Below, one piece after another: positions 24,839-38,220 of a stretch of 64,000 nucleotides of DNA (the stretch's first letter is position 1; every line of letters starts with the position of its first letter). The notes below the pieces were generated by a model. It ran no database searches. It was given only the letters and a program-made list of their open reading frames with translations, and was not told where the DNA came from. The translations under genes were made by a program, and so were the position numbers. The stretch spans positions 26,164,001 through 26,228,000 of the forward strand of contig CP158635.1 of NCBI GenBank assembly GCA_050273025.1, given 5' to 3'. The DNA comes from Cenococcum geophilum (lineage: Eukaryota).

Positions 24839-26600
24839 ATGGTACAGAAGGCTGAATCCATGGACAAAAGCAAAGAAACTGAAGGAATTCCAGCTAAAAG
24901 TTGGGTCGAAGGAATGGCTCTGGGTGCAAGGAATCAGGATCCTTGCGTGTGCTTTAATCATCGCCATCTTTGTCTTCGGAGCTACGTCTGAGACATTTGG
25001 TCATGGCACACTTAACTTACTCGTATCGACATGGACACGCAATTGGCACTTCTGGACTTCTTCAACAAGCTGCTGGACATAATGGTCTAGTACAGCCTTG
25101 AAGATGGCATTCTTGTGCATTACATACTGGATGACTGCTTCCTCACCTTTGCAGGTATCCATTCGATAGACCTGGGCATGAAAGAGGAGCTTGTCAAGCC
25201 GTGGGTCGCCACTGCAAGCTATTTTAAAAGATGCACGCTATTTGGATGGCCAGGCACTGGTTGGGTTGGTCTCTTCCGCTTCCTTGCCTCCCTCGCGATC
25301 TCCGTTTGCGTATTGCTTCTCGGAGTGGGTATCAATACCCTAGGGATTCCAAAAGAGCGATGGTACCCAAATGCTGGCCCGTGGCATACAACGAAGGATA
25401 TGAAGGAGATTACGACCACCTACACGCCGCAGATAACGCTCGAAAGTATCGACTGGTTAAACTACCAAGGACTAGCAGCTTCTTTCGACGACGGCGATCC
25501 ATCTTGGGAGATGGCCGTTGCTCTTGCCAGCGCCTCAGTCCTGAGTAGTCTTTCTAGTATATCTTTAGCTTACACTCAGCATGCCGTGGGCTGGAATCAT
25601 GAGCGCCGCGAGGTAGACTTCATCACCAGCCTCGACACGACCATCAACGGCTCAACTGCGCACACGACATCCCTCCAGTTCGCCTGGGTGTATTCAATGT
25701 TCAACGACCTCAGAACAACAGGCCCCTCGTTCGCCCGCAAGTCCATCGGCTGGACAGGCCAAATAAACATAACGATGGCGTTCTTGACCACAACCTGCAC
25801 CCCCAACTCGACGCAGCAGAACTACACCGTCGGCAACCCGACCCCACTGCCAACCACCAGCATGCCCGCCACCCTAACCCTCGACATCGGCGGCGTGCCG
25901 CCCCAAAACTTCACCGGCGCAACCTGCACCTTGACCTTCCACCAAGGCCTCTTCCTCGTCGCGCCATGAGACGTCGCGCTCGCCGGCATGGACGCCTCGC
26001 TAGACGGCTACACGAGCGGGAAGCACAACACCCCGGTGCTGTTCGCGCCCTCCGCCGCCGACGCCGCCATCGTTGCGAATCTTGCCCTGCAGATCTAGAG
26101 CATCTTGCCCTACATGAGCGGGCTGTTCCCGCAGCGCGGCCTAGTGTAGCATCTCGTGCTCGTCGCTGAGCATCTGGGCGCGACGCAGCCAAACTTCACT
26201 TCTACGGCCGCGGCGCTGGCGCCGGTTGTCGGCGTCATGGCACAGCATTTGCTGAGCATCGGCGCGTGGGGCACCAGCGCGAGTAATGCGACGCTGACGA
26301 TGTCGTATCCGGTGCGCTGGCAGCTGTATGGGTCTGGCCCGAGATTGCCGTGGGAGTGGGCGACGGCGGCAGTGCTGGTGGTTGTGCTTGACACTCTGGA
26401 GTAGGATCCGGAGACGGAGTTGGCGGGTATGCTGGCGCCTGCGAATGGGAGTGGGAGGATTGGAGCCCTAGAGGGGAGTGTGGGGGGTTGGGAAGAAAGG
26501 CGGAGAGTGCGACATTATATATGAGGAGGAAAGTTGGGAGGGAGGGAATCGAGATTACGGAGGTAGGTGGTGGTAGACCTGTGGGAAAGGATGAGAGGAT
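24839..26600 (+). pseudogene. disrupted gene for an uncharacterised membrane/secreted glycoprotein
   Basis: ORF 25115-25969 continues in the same frame through TGA 25967, TAG 26096 and TAG 26147 into ORF 26156-26404 (WQLYGSGPRLPWEW). 5' part shows frameshifts and a stop. Hydrophobic segments and many NxT/S sites. Ends approximate. Confidence 0.65.
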
Positions 26601-27411
26601 CCTGTGTGAATTCCACCTATTATGTAATTAAGATGAATACGAAATAGACATGTACGTGTTTATGGCTCTCAATTTAAGTGCTTCGAGATATTTACAGAGC
26701 ACAGCTCTTCCGAAAAATACTCATTACGCGCCCCTAACTAAAGCCGTGAGCGCTAGTGGTCCTGTCTGCGGGCCATGTATATTATGCTTGGACGAAATTA
26801 TCTTCTAAGTTATGACATGATCTTTTGATAAAGGATGCTTCTTATTACTTTAGGTTGTTGGTTTAAAGATGGCCAAGAGACCCAGTGAGAAGTGTTCTAG
26901 CAATATTTGAACGACTTCTGAGTAAGATGTCAGTCTTTGGGCTCAAGCAGGGCGTTGTTTGCGTCGAATGAGGGTCGCGAATTGGTGCCAAGAACGACCT
27001 GTATTTGGCGCTAAACCTCTCTGGTCACATTTAGCACCATAAAAACACCAGGCTTACAGAGCAACAAGAGTTCTAAGTCCACTCATTATCAACAGGTTCT
27101 TAGAGATACAAACCAGCAGGTATGAGAATTCGAGATATAGTGTACTAAGTATGTTTCTACACAAGAAAATTATCCAAGCAACACAAGGGTAAAAATGCAT
27201 CATCTGAGCCGTTAATACTATTAATTGGAGATATCTACAAGCAAGAAGTAGTTATTTGACGACGCCATACCACTCCAATATGCGCCGAGACCGCTCCAAT
27301 ACCTAAATTTACTTCACCGCCACAACAAGTTTGACGGACTGACATAACAATCTCTCCTAAGTTGGAATCCGATCATTCAACCATCACTACCACAGCCCAG
27401 CCAACTCCTCC

Positions 27412-28005
27412 CTACCCGCCAGAGACCGCCGTCACCTCCCTCCCCCTCAAAACCTCCAGCACCCCCTCCACCCCCGGAATCCGATACGGCAACTCCCCCG
27501 CAATATCCTCTACCAAATCACCGAACCGCTCCTCCGCCAACAGCGCCACGCGCCTCCTCGCCCCATTCCGCTGCACCGACAGATCCACCCTTGGAGCCAA
27601 GAAGTCCGGCCTCGCGACCCCAGCTCCCGCGGCACCACCCCGCGGCCCACCTTCAAAGCCGTCGTAGGCGCGCCGGAACACTTCATCGTTGACGTCCTCG
27701 TTGAGCTGCCGGAACTGGTCCCACACCAGGCGCGCCAGGCGCGGTTTGCGGGGCCGGCTGCGCACGCGGCTGCGCTGGTTGAGGTAGTTGGTGAAGCGCC
27801 AGTGGAAGAGCACGAGTTCGCTGATGTCGTCGCGCGTTAGGCCGCCCGTGTAGGGCGTGAGCTTTTGCAGCGCGACTTGCGCTTTGATTTGCTCTAAGAT
27901 GTCGAGCGGTGCGGACGGCGGGTTGGAAGACGTGTCTGGGTCTGAGGAGGGCATGGGAGAGGCCGTTGGGATGGGAGGGGTTTGAGTGCGAGTTGGGTTA
28001 GACAT
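27412..28005 (-). CDS. hypothetical protein (~197 aa; possible extra short 3' exon)
   Basis: GC-rich, codon-biased ORF in AT-richer flanks; no recognisable motif. Confidence 0.5.
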   Translation of the reverse strand: MSNPTRTQTPPIPTASPMPSSDPDTSSNPPSAPLDILEQIKAQVALQKLTPYTGGLTRDDISELVLFHWRFTNYLNQRSRVRSRPRKPRLARLVWDQFRQLNEDVNDEVFRRAYDGFEGGPRGGAAGAGVARPDFLAPRVDLSVQRNGARRRVALLAEERFGDLVEDIAGELPYRIPGVEGVLEVLRGREVTAVSGG

Positions 28006-29030
28006 TTGGATCTGGAGCTAATTGTTAGAGGCCAAGGGTTTGCCTGCGGGAGATATGGTAGTGGGGAGAAATGCGCGTACTAAACCTACTCATCTCTAAG
28101 AAATTCGTACCTACAAACACTCCCACAACCTAAAATCAATTGACACTTATTTTCGGTGGTAAAGTGGTAGATTTTTTTTCAATTACGGAGCGCAGGGCTC
28201 ACGTATAGAAACGCACAAGTACACCTGAAGGTATATGGGTATACAGCAAGTCACCTCTAATAGAAACCGTCTGTGGATGTATTGATTAACTCTCTCTTTC
28301 CCCCTATTAACAGTAACTCAGCTGACCAGTTATCCAAGGACCGTAATGTAGTAAATGATAAGGAGGGCGAGTAGATATAATAGGGGGAGGCAGATTCCGC
28401 TTCGAAACACAGCCTCGCTATTGCTTTTCCGCCCAGAGTCAGGGGTAATTACCACAAACTAGAAAGCTAGTATGGTGTCCCCTATCCTTTACTTAATATC
28501 GATTCAGATCGGATGTGGGACCTTAGGATGAATATATCTTGACGGAGGCTTTAGATGACTGGAATTCTGTTGAACTGTTGCCCAAACCGTTTCAGCCACA
28601 TCCGCCATGTATTGTAGGCAGGTAGCTTCGACACAGGGCGAACATATTTCCCACCAAACCAGAACATGATTCCTGCATGCACCACCCGATACAAGGGAGT
28701 TTTGAACATAGATGTAACTTAAAATAAATATTGATATATTTGCAGGAGACAATTTCCCTCGGTAACTGAAGTTGAACCACCACATAATTTCAAACGCCAA
28801 GCACGGAGTACAGCAAGGCGAATTTTATGGCTCACCTGTTTCATGTCTCACTACCAAACCCTGTCCGTTTTAGTCATTAAAGAATAGACAGTAGTTTCCA
28901 ACGAAAATAAGTATATCAAAAGAAGAGAAGAGTCGCATTAAAGTCTATATACTCTCTATAACTACCATCGCGCAGTGTCCGACCTTAATGCATTATACGA
29001 AAACCTTGGGAAACTACCAGAGCCTCCTCT

Positions 29031-30802
29031 TCAAACTGCCGCAGTATCCTTTTCCAGCGCAACAGGCTGCTTCTTTTCACCCTGTCCATCCCCATGCTTA
29101 ATGCTCTTCCACTCCATCGTCAGCGCTCCAACAGTCCCAATACACGCCATCGCTAAAGCCACGTAAAAGGCCTTCGTCAACGCATGATTAAACGCTATCA
29201 AGACGGGCCGCAGCAGCTCCGGCGGCACGACACGCCTGATATTCGTCGCTCCAGCCTCCATAACCACGCCGACATGGATGCCCTGAATATGCATCAGATA
29301 ATCCTTCAGCTTGTTCGTAAAGATGTTTTGCGCGACGGAGACGAAGACAGCGCCGCCGAGCGACTGCCCGAAGAAAACCAGCGAGGAGCCGATCGGCACG
29401 TCCTTCCGCGACAGGACGGTCTGCGCGGCCATGTTGGGCTGCTGCATGCCTAGGCCCACCCCGAAGCCGTACACGACCTGGTAGCCGATCCAAACGCCCC
29501 TTCCGCTGTCGACTTTGAAGGTTGTGATCAAGCCCGCGCCGACGGAGATGACGACGGACGACAGGATCATGCACGGCGTGTAGTAGCCGGTCTTGTAGGT
29601 AATCCCGCCGGCAGATATGCTGCTCACGACTATCGAGAGCACCAGCGCGATGGTGCGGATACCGGACTCGACGGCCGACACGCCCTTGACGCTTTGGAAC
29701 CAGATTGGGATGTAGTATACCATCACGAGCATCGAGCCGCCAGCGCATGTTGCGTAGTAGAAACCCGATGCTACGCTTCTTTGCTTGAGAATTCGGGGAG
29801 GCACAGTGGCTGTCTCGCCTTTCCAGATCTGGACTAATATGAAGGCGATGATCAGGATTCCTGCAAGAACAAGACACGCGACTACTCTTCCATCACTCCA
29901 GGCATAGTCGGTTCCGCCCCATTTCAGTGCTAGCAGCAGGCAGACAGTCCCTGGAAGGAAGAAAAACGTCCCGAGTGGATCCAGCTGGTTGATCTGCTCG
30001 CGGTACGTCATATCCTTGGCGCGAGCTGGCGATTTTATTTCAAGCATGAAGATGAGAGCGACAATTGTGGCGGCACCAATTGGAAGGTTGATGTAGAAGC
30101 CTATCGGCGTCGTCAGTCAACACGCTCGCTGCAAGAACGATGAGAATAAACTTACACCATCTCCAAGAAACTTTGTCAGTAAAAGCTCCTCCAAGCAACG
30201 GCCCAGCAACAGATGCAACTCCAAAAACAGCTCCGAACAGTCCCTGGAATATTGGCCGTTTGGCCAAGGGGACCGTGTGCACGCCAATGATTACAGCTCC
30301 AGAGAATATACCAGCAGAGCCTAATCCGGCAATAGCACGGCCCACGATTAGTGCAGTAGAGCTTGGCGCTGCTCCACAGATCGCGGAGCCGATCTCAAAG
30401 ATGGTGATGCTAGTCAAGAATATCCACTTGATGGAGTAGAGGGTGTAGATCTTGCCGTAGAAGAGCATAAACGCGCATCCGGTCAACAGGAACGCGCTGG
30501 CGTACCAACCAATGTCGTCGATTGAGTGGAATTCATCTGTGATCGTGGGGATCGCGGTTGCGATGATAGTCCTGTCCTGTCGGTGTTATTAGATCTTATC
30601 AGATGATAGGATTGGAGATTCGCACAAGAGCAACGAGAAATACAGAGAAATAGAGGCAGATAAGAATTGTATAGAGTTTCCAGCCATGGGGATACACTGT
30701 CAGATCTTCCTTCGCCACGGGTCCCTGACTGCTTGCTGGTGCGGTGCCAGTATCGCCGTCTTTCGTTGTCGTAGACATATCTGCAGGGATCTTTTCGTCC
30801 AT
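29031..30802 (-). CDS. MFS drug:H+ antiporter-2 (14-TM, AflT/ToxA-like efflux pump), 3 exons
   Basis: [108 protein letters not shown]. Confidence 0.95.
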
Positions 30803-31421
30803 GTTCGAGAGGGAAGGTGGAAGTTAAGGTTTTCTTCTACCAGGTAGGGGTCCCAGGCTTCTTCGAGCATCCATCAAGAAGTAAGATGGAATAACTACGA
30901 GTTCAGTGGTATCTATGCTCCACTTTTTCGGTGCTTCGATGGCTCCGGTAACAGTTATGGTCAAGGTTCAGACTGCTAGAATACATTAGCGTCTCGCAAA
31001 ATCAAGCGACTGTGCCAATGACAGTCGAGTCATAGACTTCGGGCCAAGAAAATCGTATCTTCCGAAGGGGGGCTCGGGCTTTCGAATGCACCGCACCGAC
31101 ACCGCTTTCGTGAGAAACCGATACTCTAAAATAACGAAGCGCGCAGTTGCGAAGTGCATATTCATGAAGACCTAAACCCATGTTCTCCTACTCTCGTGGA
31201 TCCCGCTTAATTCTGATTGCATAAATAACAGTATCGACCGGTCAACCAAACACTGAAAGAAGAGCGTATTCCAGATGTTGTACATAGGTAAGAATACAAA
31301 CCCATAGGCTTTAGTTAAAGCTGATTGTTTTCCTCTCTGCTTCCCTGCCCGCTCCGGGCCGCAACTGTGCAGAGCACTTGAACCATATCCCAAGAAACGC
31401 CTTTTCTACGCCGAGTCGCAT

Positions 31422-33706
31422 TCAGGAACCTTGCCCTGGGGGCCAGAAACCCGGGCCATTGTACATATCTCCCTGCTGCGTCCAGTCAACAATACCAGCT
31501 GCATCATTCCAGAAATAAAGATCGCCCCGCCCGAATGCCATGGTGAAGTCAGACATATCCGTTGAAGTTGCCGGCTGATCGGATACAAAGCCTGATTGGG
31601 TGACATCGTCTGTAAGAGCTAGTTGAGTACTAGGCCATGCGGCGACAGATGGTCTTATATCAATCCCAGGTAGAGGATCAAACTCGGGCCCCCCAGGCAT
31701 CGGGGTCAGGAAGGTTATGGGCTGCGCTTGGGGGGCGCCAACCAAACCAGCACGCTGGTCACCTTCAGAAGATTGTGGCGTTGAAATGTCGGATCCATGA
31801 AGATTGCTTAGTGGCTGGTCAGGATTCTGCCTCTGCTTCAGCAGACTTAGGTACTTCTCGTACCAGGGCACGATCTTGACTTGGATTACGTGCAACCAGT
31901 GACTAGGCACTTTACACTTGTTAGGTCCGATTGCTTCGGTAGTCCTCTCGATTGTCTTTTTTAAATAAGAGCTAGTTCTCAAGTTCTGGGAGTTTATTAA
32001 CTCTCCAAGTCCGGCTGGACCGGTTCCGATTGCGTAATCGGCCTTCACCAGGACTGTAAGGGCGTATGTCGCTCGAAAGTAAAGAACATTGGGTATCGTT
32101 CGTAAGTTCGATATCGGTATATTCAAGAACACATCGAGTTGAGATTGGGCTGCACTGATACATTTGAGGGTTGCACTAACTTGTAAGGAAGTGAGGGAAT
32201 TAGGCGTTTCGGGCTCTAACTCATCACCATCCAGAGATGGGAGGGTGAAGAAGTTATTCCTGAAATCTGAGGCATCGTGGGTACCATTATCCATAGCAAA
32301 CTCCCACATTGAAATGGTGTTTTGGTAGAACATCATTGTGACTGACGGTACTATATTTGTCAGTTATACTATTCGGTGCCGTGGATTTTTGAGGGCCCCA
32401 CCATCTAAAATTCCTGGAGCAGTTGATTGCCTCCACTCCTCCATTCCTCTCTCGAATGACCTAAGGATTACTTGCATGCGCGGCTCGTCAAGGCTGAAGC
32501 TGGTGCTTGCGTCATCAAAGTCAAAAGCAGTCGTAGCCTCATCTGCGATACGTTGGAGTCTAACCAAGGCAGTGGTACGCTGGTCCATCAATAATGGAGA
32601 CTTATCGAGCAGCGATACACTCTCAGCCATCCAACTGTTGAAAGAGAGTATATTTGGGCCACGTAGTCTCATCGCGAGGCTGCCACAAGTCAGTTGATAT
32701 ATCTGAAGGTGTTGATGGTGTATGCTCACCCAGCTGTCAACAGATAGCAGGCTAAAACTGTTCGACAATTCTCTAACAGCTCTCCACTCGATGATACACG
32801 TTGTAAAGTTGGCCAATTCCTTTTCGGCAATTGTTCTGAAGTTCGTGGTTTGGAGGCGATGCCGAGCTCTAGTGCCATGGTAGCCGCCATATTTCCGTAC
32901 TGGTAGAACTGAAGCTGGGAGGGAGATGCTGGAGGCGTATAATATATTACTGTGATCACCAAAGACTGTACGCATTCCAGTGATTTCTCGCCATTGATGA
33001 ATAATCGTTCCGCATAGAGGCTGATAATCTCTTGGTGGAGGCGGTTAGATAACTTTGCACCCATCCGGTGTGAAGCTGCAGCCATAATGGCGAGGAACAA
33101 AACTGGCTTGATCCGGCGAAGTTCGCTAGCCGTGCAGTCATCCGAAAGGTGGACAGCCGGATAATATCCATAAAGTTCACTTTTATAAGTAGCGAGAAGT
33201 TCATCGGCAAGTTCTATCGAAATAATCTCACGATCAATGATGTCGAGATGAGACCTATGGGAATCACTTGACAATGGTGAAGGCTTGATGGACTTCCCAG
33301 TGTCGTCACTGTAATAAGGCATGGATGGGGGTTGAGGTGATTCTCGGCTTTCATCCTCAACGGTAGAATTTGGGTCCTGTATTTCGTCCTCGTCGAATTC
33401 TTCATTCTCCTGCGCATCTGAAGAAATGCGCGTTTTCCTTAAAAGAGCTCGCATAGCCCTCACTTCTCTTTCGAGCTCCGCAACTCGGACGTCCGTTCTT
33501 TTGCGCTGGCGTCTCTTTTGCGGAGCGGTAAAGATACATGTTCGATTAGCTTTGGAGCAGCGTTGACATTGCGATGCTGATGGGCTGTCCATTAAGCAGC
33601 GGACTTTAGAGAGCCGACATGCTTCACAAGCCCGATTCAGCTGCTGATCGGGAGGTTTCTTCTGAGGAGTATTCTCGTTCATATCGACTTCTCCAGTGCT
33701 CGACAT
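31422..33706 (-). CDS. Zn(II)2Cys6 transcription factor, 3 exons
   Basis: NRACEACRLSKVRC...CQRCSKANRTCIF; KPVLFLAIMAAAS, KSLECVQSL and ATMALELG in the fungal TF middle region. Confidence 0.92.
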
Positions 33707-34630
33707 ATCTTTTGGAAGTATTCTCCAATGAAATTACAATGCTGCGGGTTTAGTGCTGTAGGATTTCCTCTGAAGCTGGCTATTTTGAGACCGAAACCTT
33801 CGTAGTGCCTAGAGACCAAGTCGCCTTAACTGGTTCTAGCTGGAGAATGGAGGAGCTTTTTGGCGCCTAGCGAAGAAAACTTCTATAGCAGTATGATGGG
33901 ATCCGCGTCAATCCTCAAGGTCTCCACGAACGCGTAGTGGAAGATATAAGTAGAGGTTTAGAACAAAGCTGGATAAAGGGGGCGCGGGGGAATCCGTAGG
34001 AAGCGTCGAAGCAAAAGTCGACCAAGGGTATAGGTGGGGGCAGAAATAACTATGAGATAGTGTTTCACGTTGCTAAGTATATCTTCAACCTGTGTGGAGA
34101 GGACAGGCAATCTCGAAAGGAGGAGGTGTTGTCTGGTCTTAATTTTGATACGCAAGCAGGTTAAGGCGAGGGTCGCGCTAGCTACGGCAGGCCACAACAC
34201 ATCCATTTGCATAATGGCTGAAAAGCCATCTCTTCGTGTGGCAAGAATTCAAGGACTTTTCGTATATGCACGCCTCATAAGCCAATCTAGAGGCTCTATA
34301 CTGTATAGAGCTTGGTGTTGAAGCCTCTGATCAGTGCGATTCTCGGCAGCAAGGGTGCTGGCGCCTCATTGACGCTTGGATATCGAATAACCGCTGGTTA
34401 AACTGTTCAACCACTTGCAGCACTTAATACACCTTATTTAACGTATATAGCACGCCCTCCCTATAACCTTAAGCTGGTCCTTTACCGGCTTATCCTTATT
34501 GACGTTAAGAACGCGTATAAAGCGACTCTAATAGAAGATTTTCCTATATAATCAGCAGCTAGTTAATGGAGGAAGGTAGAAACTTATTCATAACGTTATA
34601 TATTACGACTTTTTGCCCAACTTCCTCAAA

Positions 34631-34648
34631 AATATATATATATATATA
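34631..34648. repeat. (AT)n microsatellite
   Basis: About nine AT units at the end of a TpA-rich stretch. Confidence 0.8.
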
Positions 34649-36424
34649 GGTGTTTTTAGTGGTGGCCTTCTGTAGCATTTCATCGGCATCGCGTTTTGGT
34701 GAGGCTTGCTAATAAAATCACGCTAGCTAGGGTGCCTGCAGCATGCTAACCCAGGCAGGAGCGCCGAAAGCGCCCAATACGAAAAGCCACACTTGGCAGA
34801 CGAAGGGATCGCAACCTTTTCCTCCTTAGTTCTTCACCTGCGTCACTCAAATCGTCTATCTACGTGAAGCCGATATCAGCACTTTTTCGAAACGACGGAT
34901 ACGAACAACTGCACATGGCCTTACAGCGATAAATTAAAGATAGTCTAGAACCGGGAATTTTATGTGGAGCAAATACATTTGACCAATGAGACTCTGAGAC
35001 ACCAAATCTCGGTTGGACGTAAACTCTCTTCTAAAGTTTCTGTTGATACCACACATCCTCACTCTAACACAACTACTAACCAGACAGCCACTGCCCGAAC
35101 TCCTTCTCCTCATACTCGAACGCTGGGAGCACTAGAGAGATGGAATGAAAGATAATATATACACAGCAATATGGGGTCATCCGGACATTAGATATACTGC
35201 AATAACATCCACATTCATTTATTTCGTCCAATATATACAAATTTTAACCATACTAGCGTCCCGACCCAGCAACACAACCATGCTTCAGCCTCCCACCCAA
35301 AAATCTCCTTCACTAAAAACCCCACATACAGCCTTGTCGGCACCACGCCCAGCCCTGCAAGTAGCAAGTCCGCATCACCAAGCTTTTTAGCGCAAGCTGC
35401 AATCTGACCTCATTCCAAATCCCTCCCATCCCTCCCATCCCGCCCAGCACATTGTCCCTCTCTCCAGCCTTCCGCCCTCTCACCCATCTACCCAATCCTC
35501 CTAACCCATCAAATCATCCACTCATCAGCCACCAGCTTACCTAATCCCACCAATTACCTAAACCACCCCACCACACACGTGCTGACGCGGCGCGTCTTAC
35601 CAAAGACACGACAAGACCCGCCGCGCCGTCCCCAAGAGCAGTCGCGCCTTAGCCCAAACCAGTATCGCGCGCCAAACCCCACCCCTCCCAACCAACCAAC
35701 CAACCCGCGGTCGAGCCTCTCGTCTCGTATGGCGCATGTCAAGGCCCTTGCGCAGGGCGCGGCTTTAGCTCTAAACGGCACACCAGTGTTGCGCCGTAAG
35801 GGCCAACGAGTCACTCGTAGGGCGCGCCGCGGCTTGTGATTGCTAAAACCTCCGTGATTTTTGGATTAGCTGCGGGGGTTTGGTCAGCCAAGGGCGTCGG
35901 AGCCGGGACTGGGCGGATGGTGTTATAAGGCGGGCGCTGTGCTGAATTTTTTTTTTGTTGGTTGTTGGAGTGTGGTGCGTATCGTTGCGTGGTTGCTTTC
36001 GTTACTGGTGCGTTGGGGAAACAGTGACATGTGGGTTGGAAGCTGGGTAGCGAAGAGGGTGCCCTAGGTAGCTTGAGTGATTTGGTGCAGGTAGCAATGT
36101 AAGTGACAGTCCCGCAAATAATATCACAGATGCAAAGAAGAACACGGAGGGAATGGTTTGAACAGTATGTTCGATATCTACGGAATGAGGTATCTTATGA
36201 CGGATTAGCATCAGCATCGGCGGTTGGCATAAAGGGAGAGGGAGAGTAGAGAAAAAGAACAATATTTTCATCTGCCTCGCACACCCGGGGATATATCTAC
36301 ACTCCTTTATCATAAAATGCACCATACACATGATGCATTAGGATGACCCTTCTCAATTTCTGTCCGAAAAAAAAAGGAAAACAGCATAAAACAGCAATTA
36401 CTCCCACCCAATCCGGACCCACGT

Positions 36425-38220
36425 CTACGCAATCCAGAACCAGATCCTCTCCAAGAAGTTCCGCGGCACATGATCCGGCCAGATCTCCGCATCCAGTGCC
36501 GCCTTGCCGGTCCAGATATCCGCCTCGGACGCCTTGACAAACGGCGAGCGCTTGAGGATCTTCCAGAAGAGGTACAGGGCGAAGAAGATAGGTATGCCGA
36601 TGTAGGCAGTCAGGAAGTCGGTGATGGTCCAGTTGCCCCTTGTGAACACTGCGAAGCCGTTGAACAAGATGATGATGGAGAAGTAGATGAGCGCGAACCA
36701 GGCTGTGTAGGGCTGGAAGGGTGATTTGAAGACTAGTGTGTTGCGGTCGACACCCTGCGCGAGCAGCGCGCTACGAAAGCGCAGGTACGCAACGCAGATG
36801 CTGCACCAGGTGAAGAGCTGGGCGATTGTTGTCAGGTTCTGGAACCAGGTGAAGACACTATTGGCGCCGGTGGACACGCTCATGTAAGTTAGGAGAGAGA
36901 TGGAGGCCGTGATACCGACGCACCAGTAAGGCACACCGGACTTGGAGCACTTGAGGAGGAACTTGGGAGCCTGTCGGTTCTGGGCAACGCCAAAGAGGTA
37001 GCGGGAGCCAGTGTAGAGGAAAGCGTTGGCTGATGAAGAGGCGGATGTCAAGATGACTGCGTTAATGATGGATGGGAGGACGGGGATACCTGCACGGTAG
37101 ATGGCAATGACCCATGGAGAACGGGCAGCTCCGGGTTTCGTCGTAAGCAAGTTCGGGTCGTCGCTTGGGACCAGCACGCCGATAGCAAGAGAGCCCAGGA
37201 CGTAGAAAAAGAGGATACGCCAGAAGACACGACGAACAGCCTTGGGAATGTTCCTGCGGGGGTCGGCAGCTTCACCGGCAGCAACAGCGACCATCTCGAC
37301 GCCTCCGTATGAGAAAGCAGCGTTGACGAGAGTGGAGAAAAGACCGAGGAAACGACCAGTATCGCCAGTGCCGATGTATTCCTTCATTGCACCCGGGTGT
37401 TTCCAGTAGCGGAAACCAAGACGATCGTGGGATGGCCCACCGCCGAGATCGAGGACGAGGGCAAGAATAAGCAGACCAACGATTGTAATGATCTTGATAC
37501 TGGCGAATATGAACTCGGCCTCTCCATAGATGGCAACCGCGAAGATGTTCAAGCAGACGACCAGGACGATGATGATGGAAATCCATGCGGCAATGCTGAT
37601 TTCGTCATTCCAGAAGCCGACGACAATGGAAGCAGCCGAGATTTCAGCGCATAGCGTAATGGCACTTTGGTACCAGTTGTTCCAGCCAACAGCGAAGCCC
37701 ATGGCAGGGTCGACATAACGAGCGCAGTACTGAGGAATAGCACCGGGGAGCGGTAGCCATGTGGCCATCTCCCCAAGACATTGCATCATGGCGAAGACGG
37801 CTACACCAGTGAAACTGTAACCGAGCAGGACGGATAGAGGACCGGCGCGCGAGAAAGCGCTTCCGATACCGAGGAAGAGACCAGTGCCGATGGTACCACC
37901 GAGAGCAATGAACTGGATGTGTCTGGATTTCAGACTAAGATGGTGTCAGCTTCCGGTGTCGACCGAAAACACCGAAACGCCAGTATCGAGCTCGTCCGAA
38001 CTCATCCAATCAGAGAAAATGAAATAAAAATAGAAATAAAAAAAACTTACCCTCGCTCGACATAGCCGTATTCCTCAGCAGTCGCGAGATCGCCATACAT
38101 GTCAGCAGCTTCTCCAACGGCATGGCCCTTCCTCTCGACGATATCCTTGACACCAGCAGGATCGCCATACTCGGGCGCGTCAGCACCGACGGTGTAGTGG
38201 GACTTCTCCGGACTCTCCAT
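36425..38220 (-). CDS. yeast amino acid transporter (YAT/APC family) permease, 2 exons
   Basis: MESPEKS...YGYVERG | LKSRHIQFIALGGTIGTGLFLG, GEMATWLP, YGEAEF, GFRYWKHPG, AAFSYGGVEMV, AGEAADPRRNIPKA. Confidence 0.95.

Noticed and set aside
29188..29877. Long alternative-frame and antisense ORFs (also 9134-9700, 42542-43039, 49082-49615, 51426-52079)
   Set aside because: Shadows of GC3-biased real genes with no motifs of their own.
34420..34630. TpA-rich stretch with ACGT-TA ends suggestive of a Fot1/pogo terminus
   Set aside because: No matching inverted partner or transposase trace; too degenerate to call.
13200..34700. Complete secondary-metabolite cluster or intact Starship
   Set aside because: No backbone synthase and no tyrosine-recombinase captain were visible.
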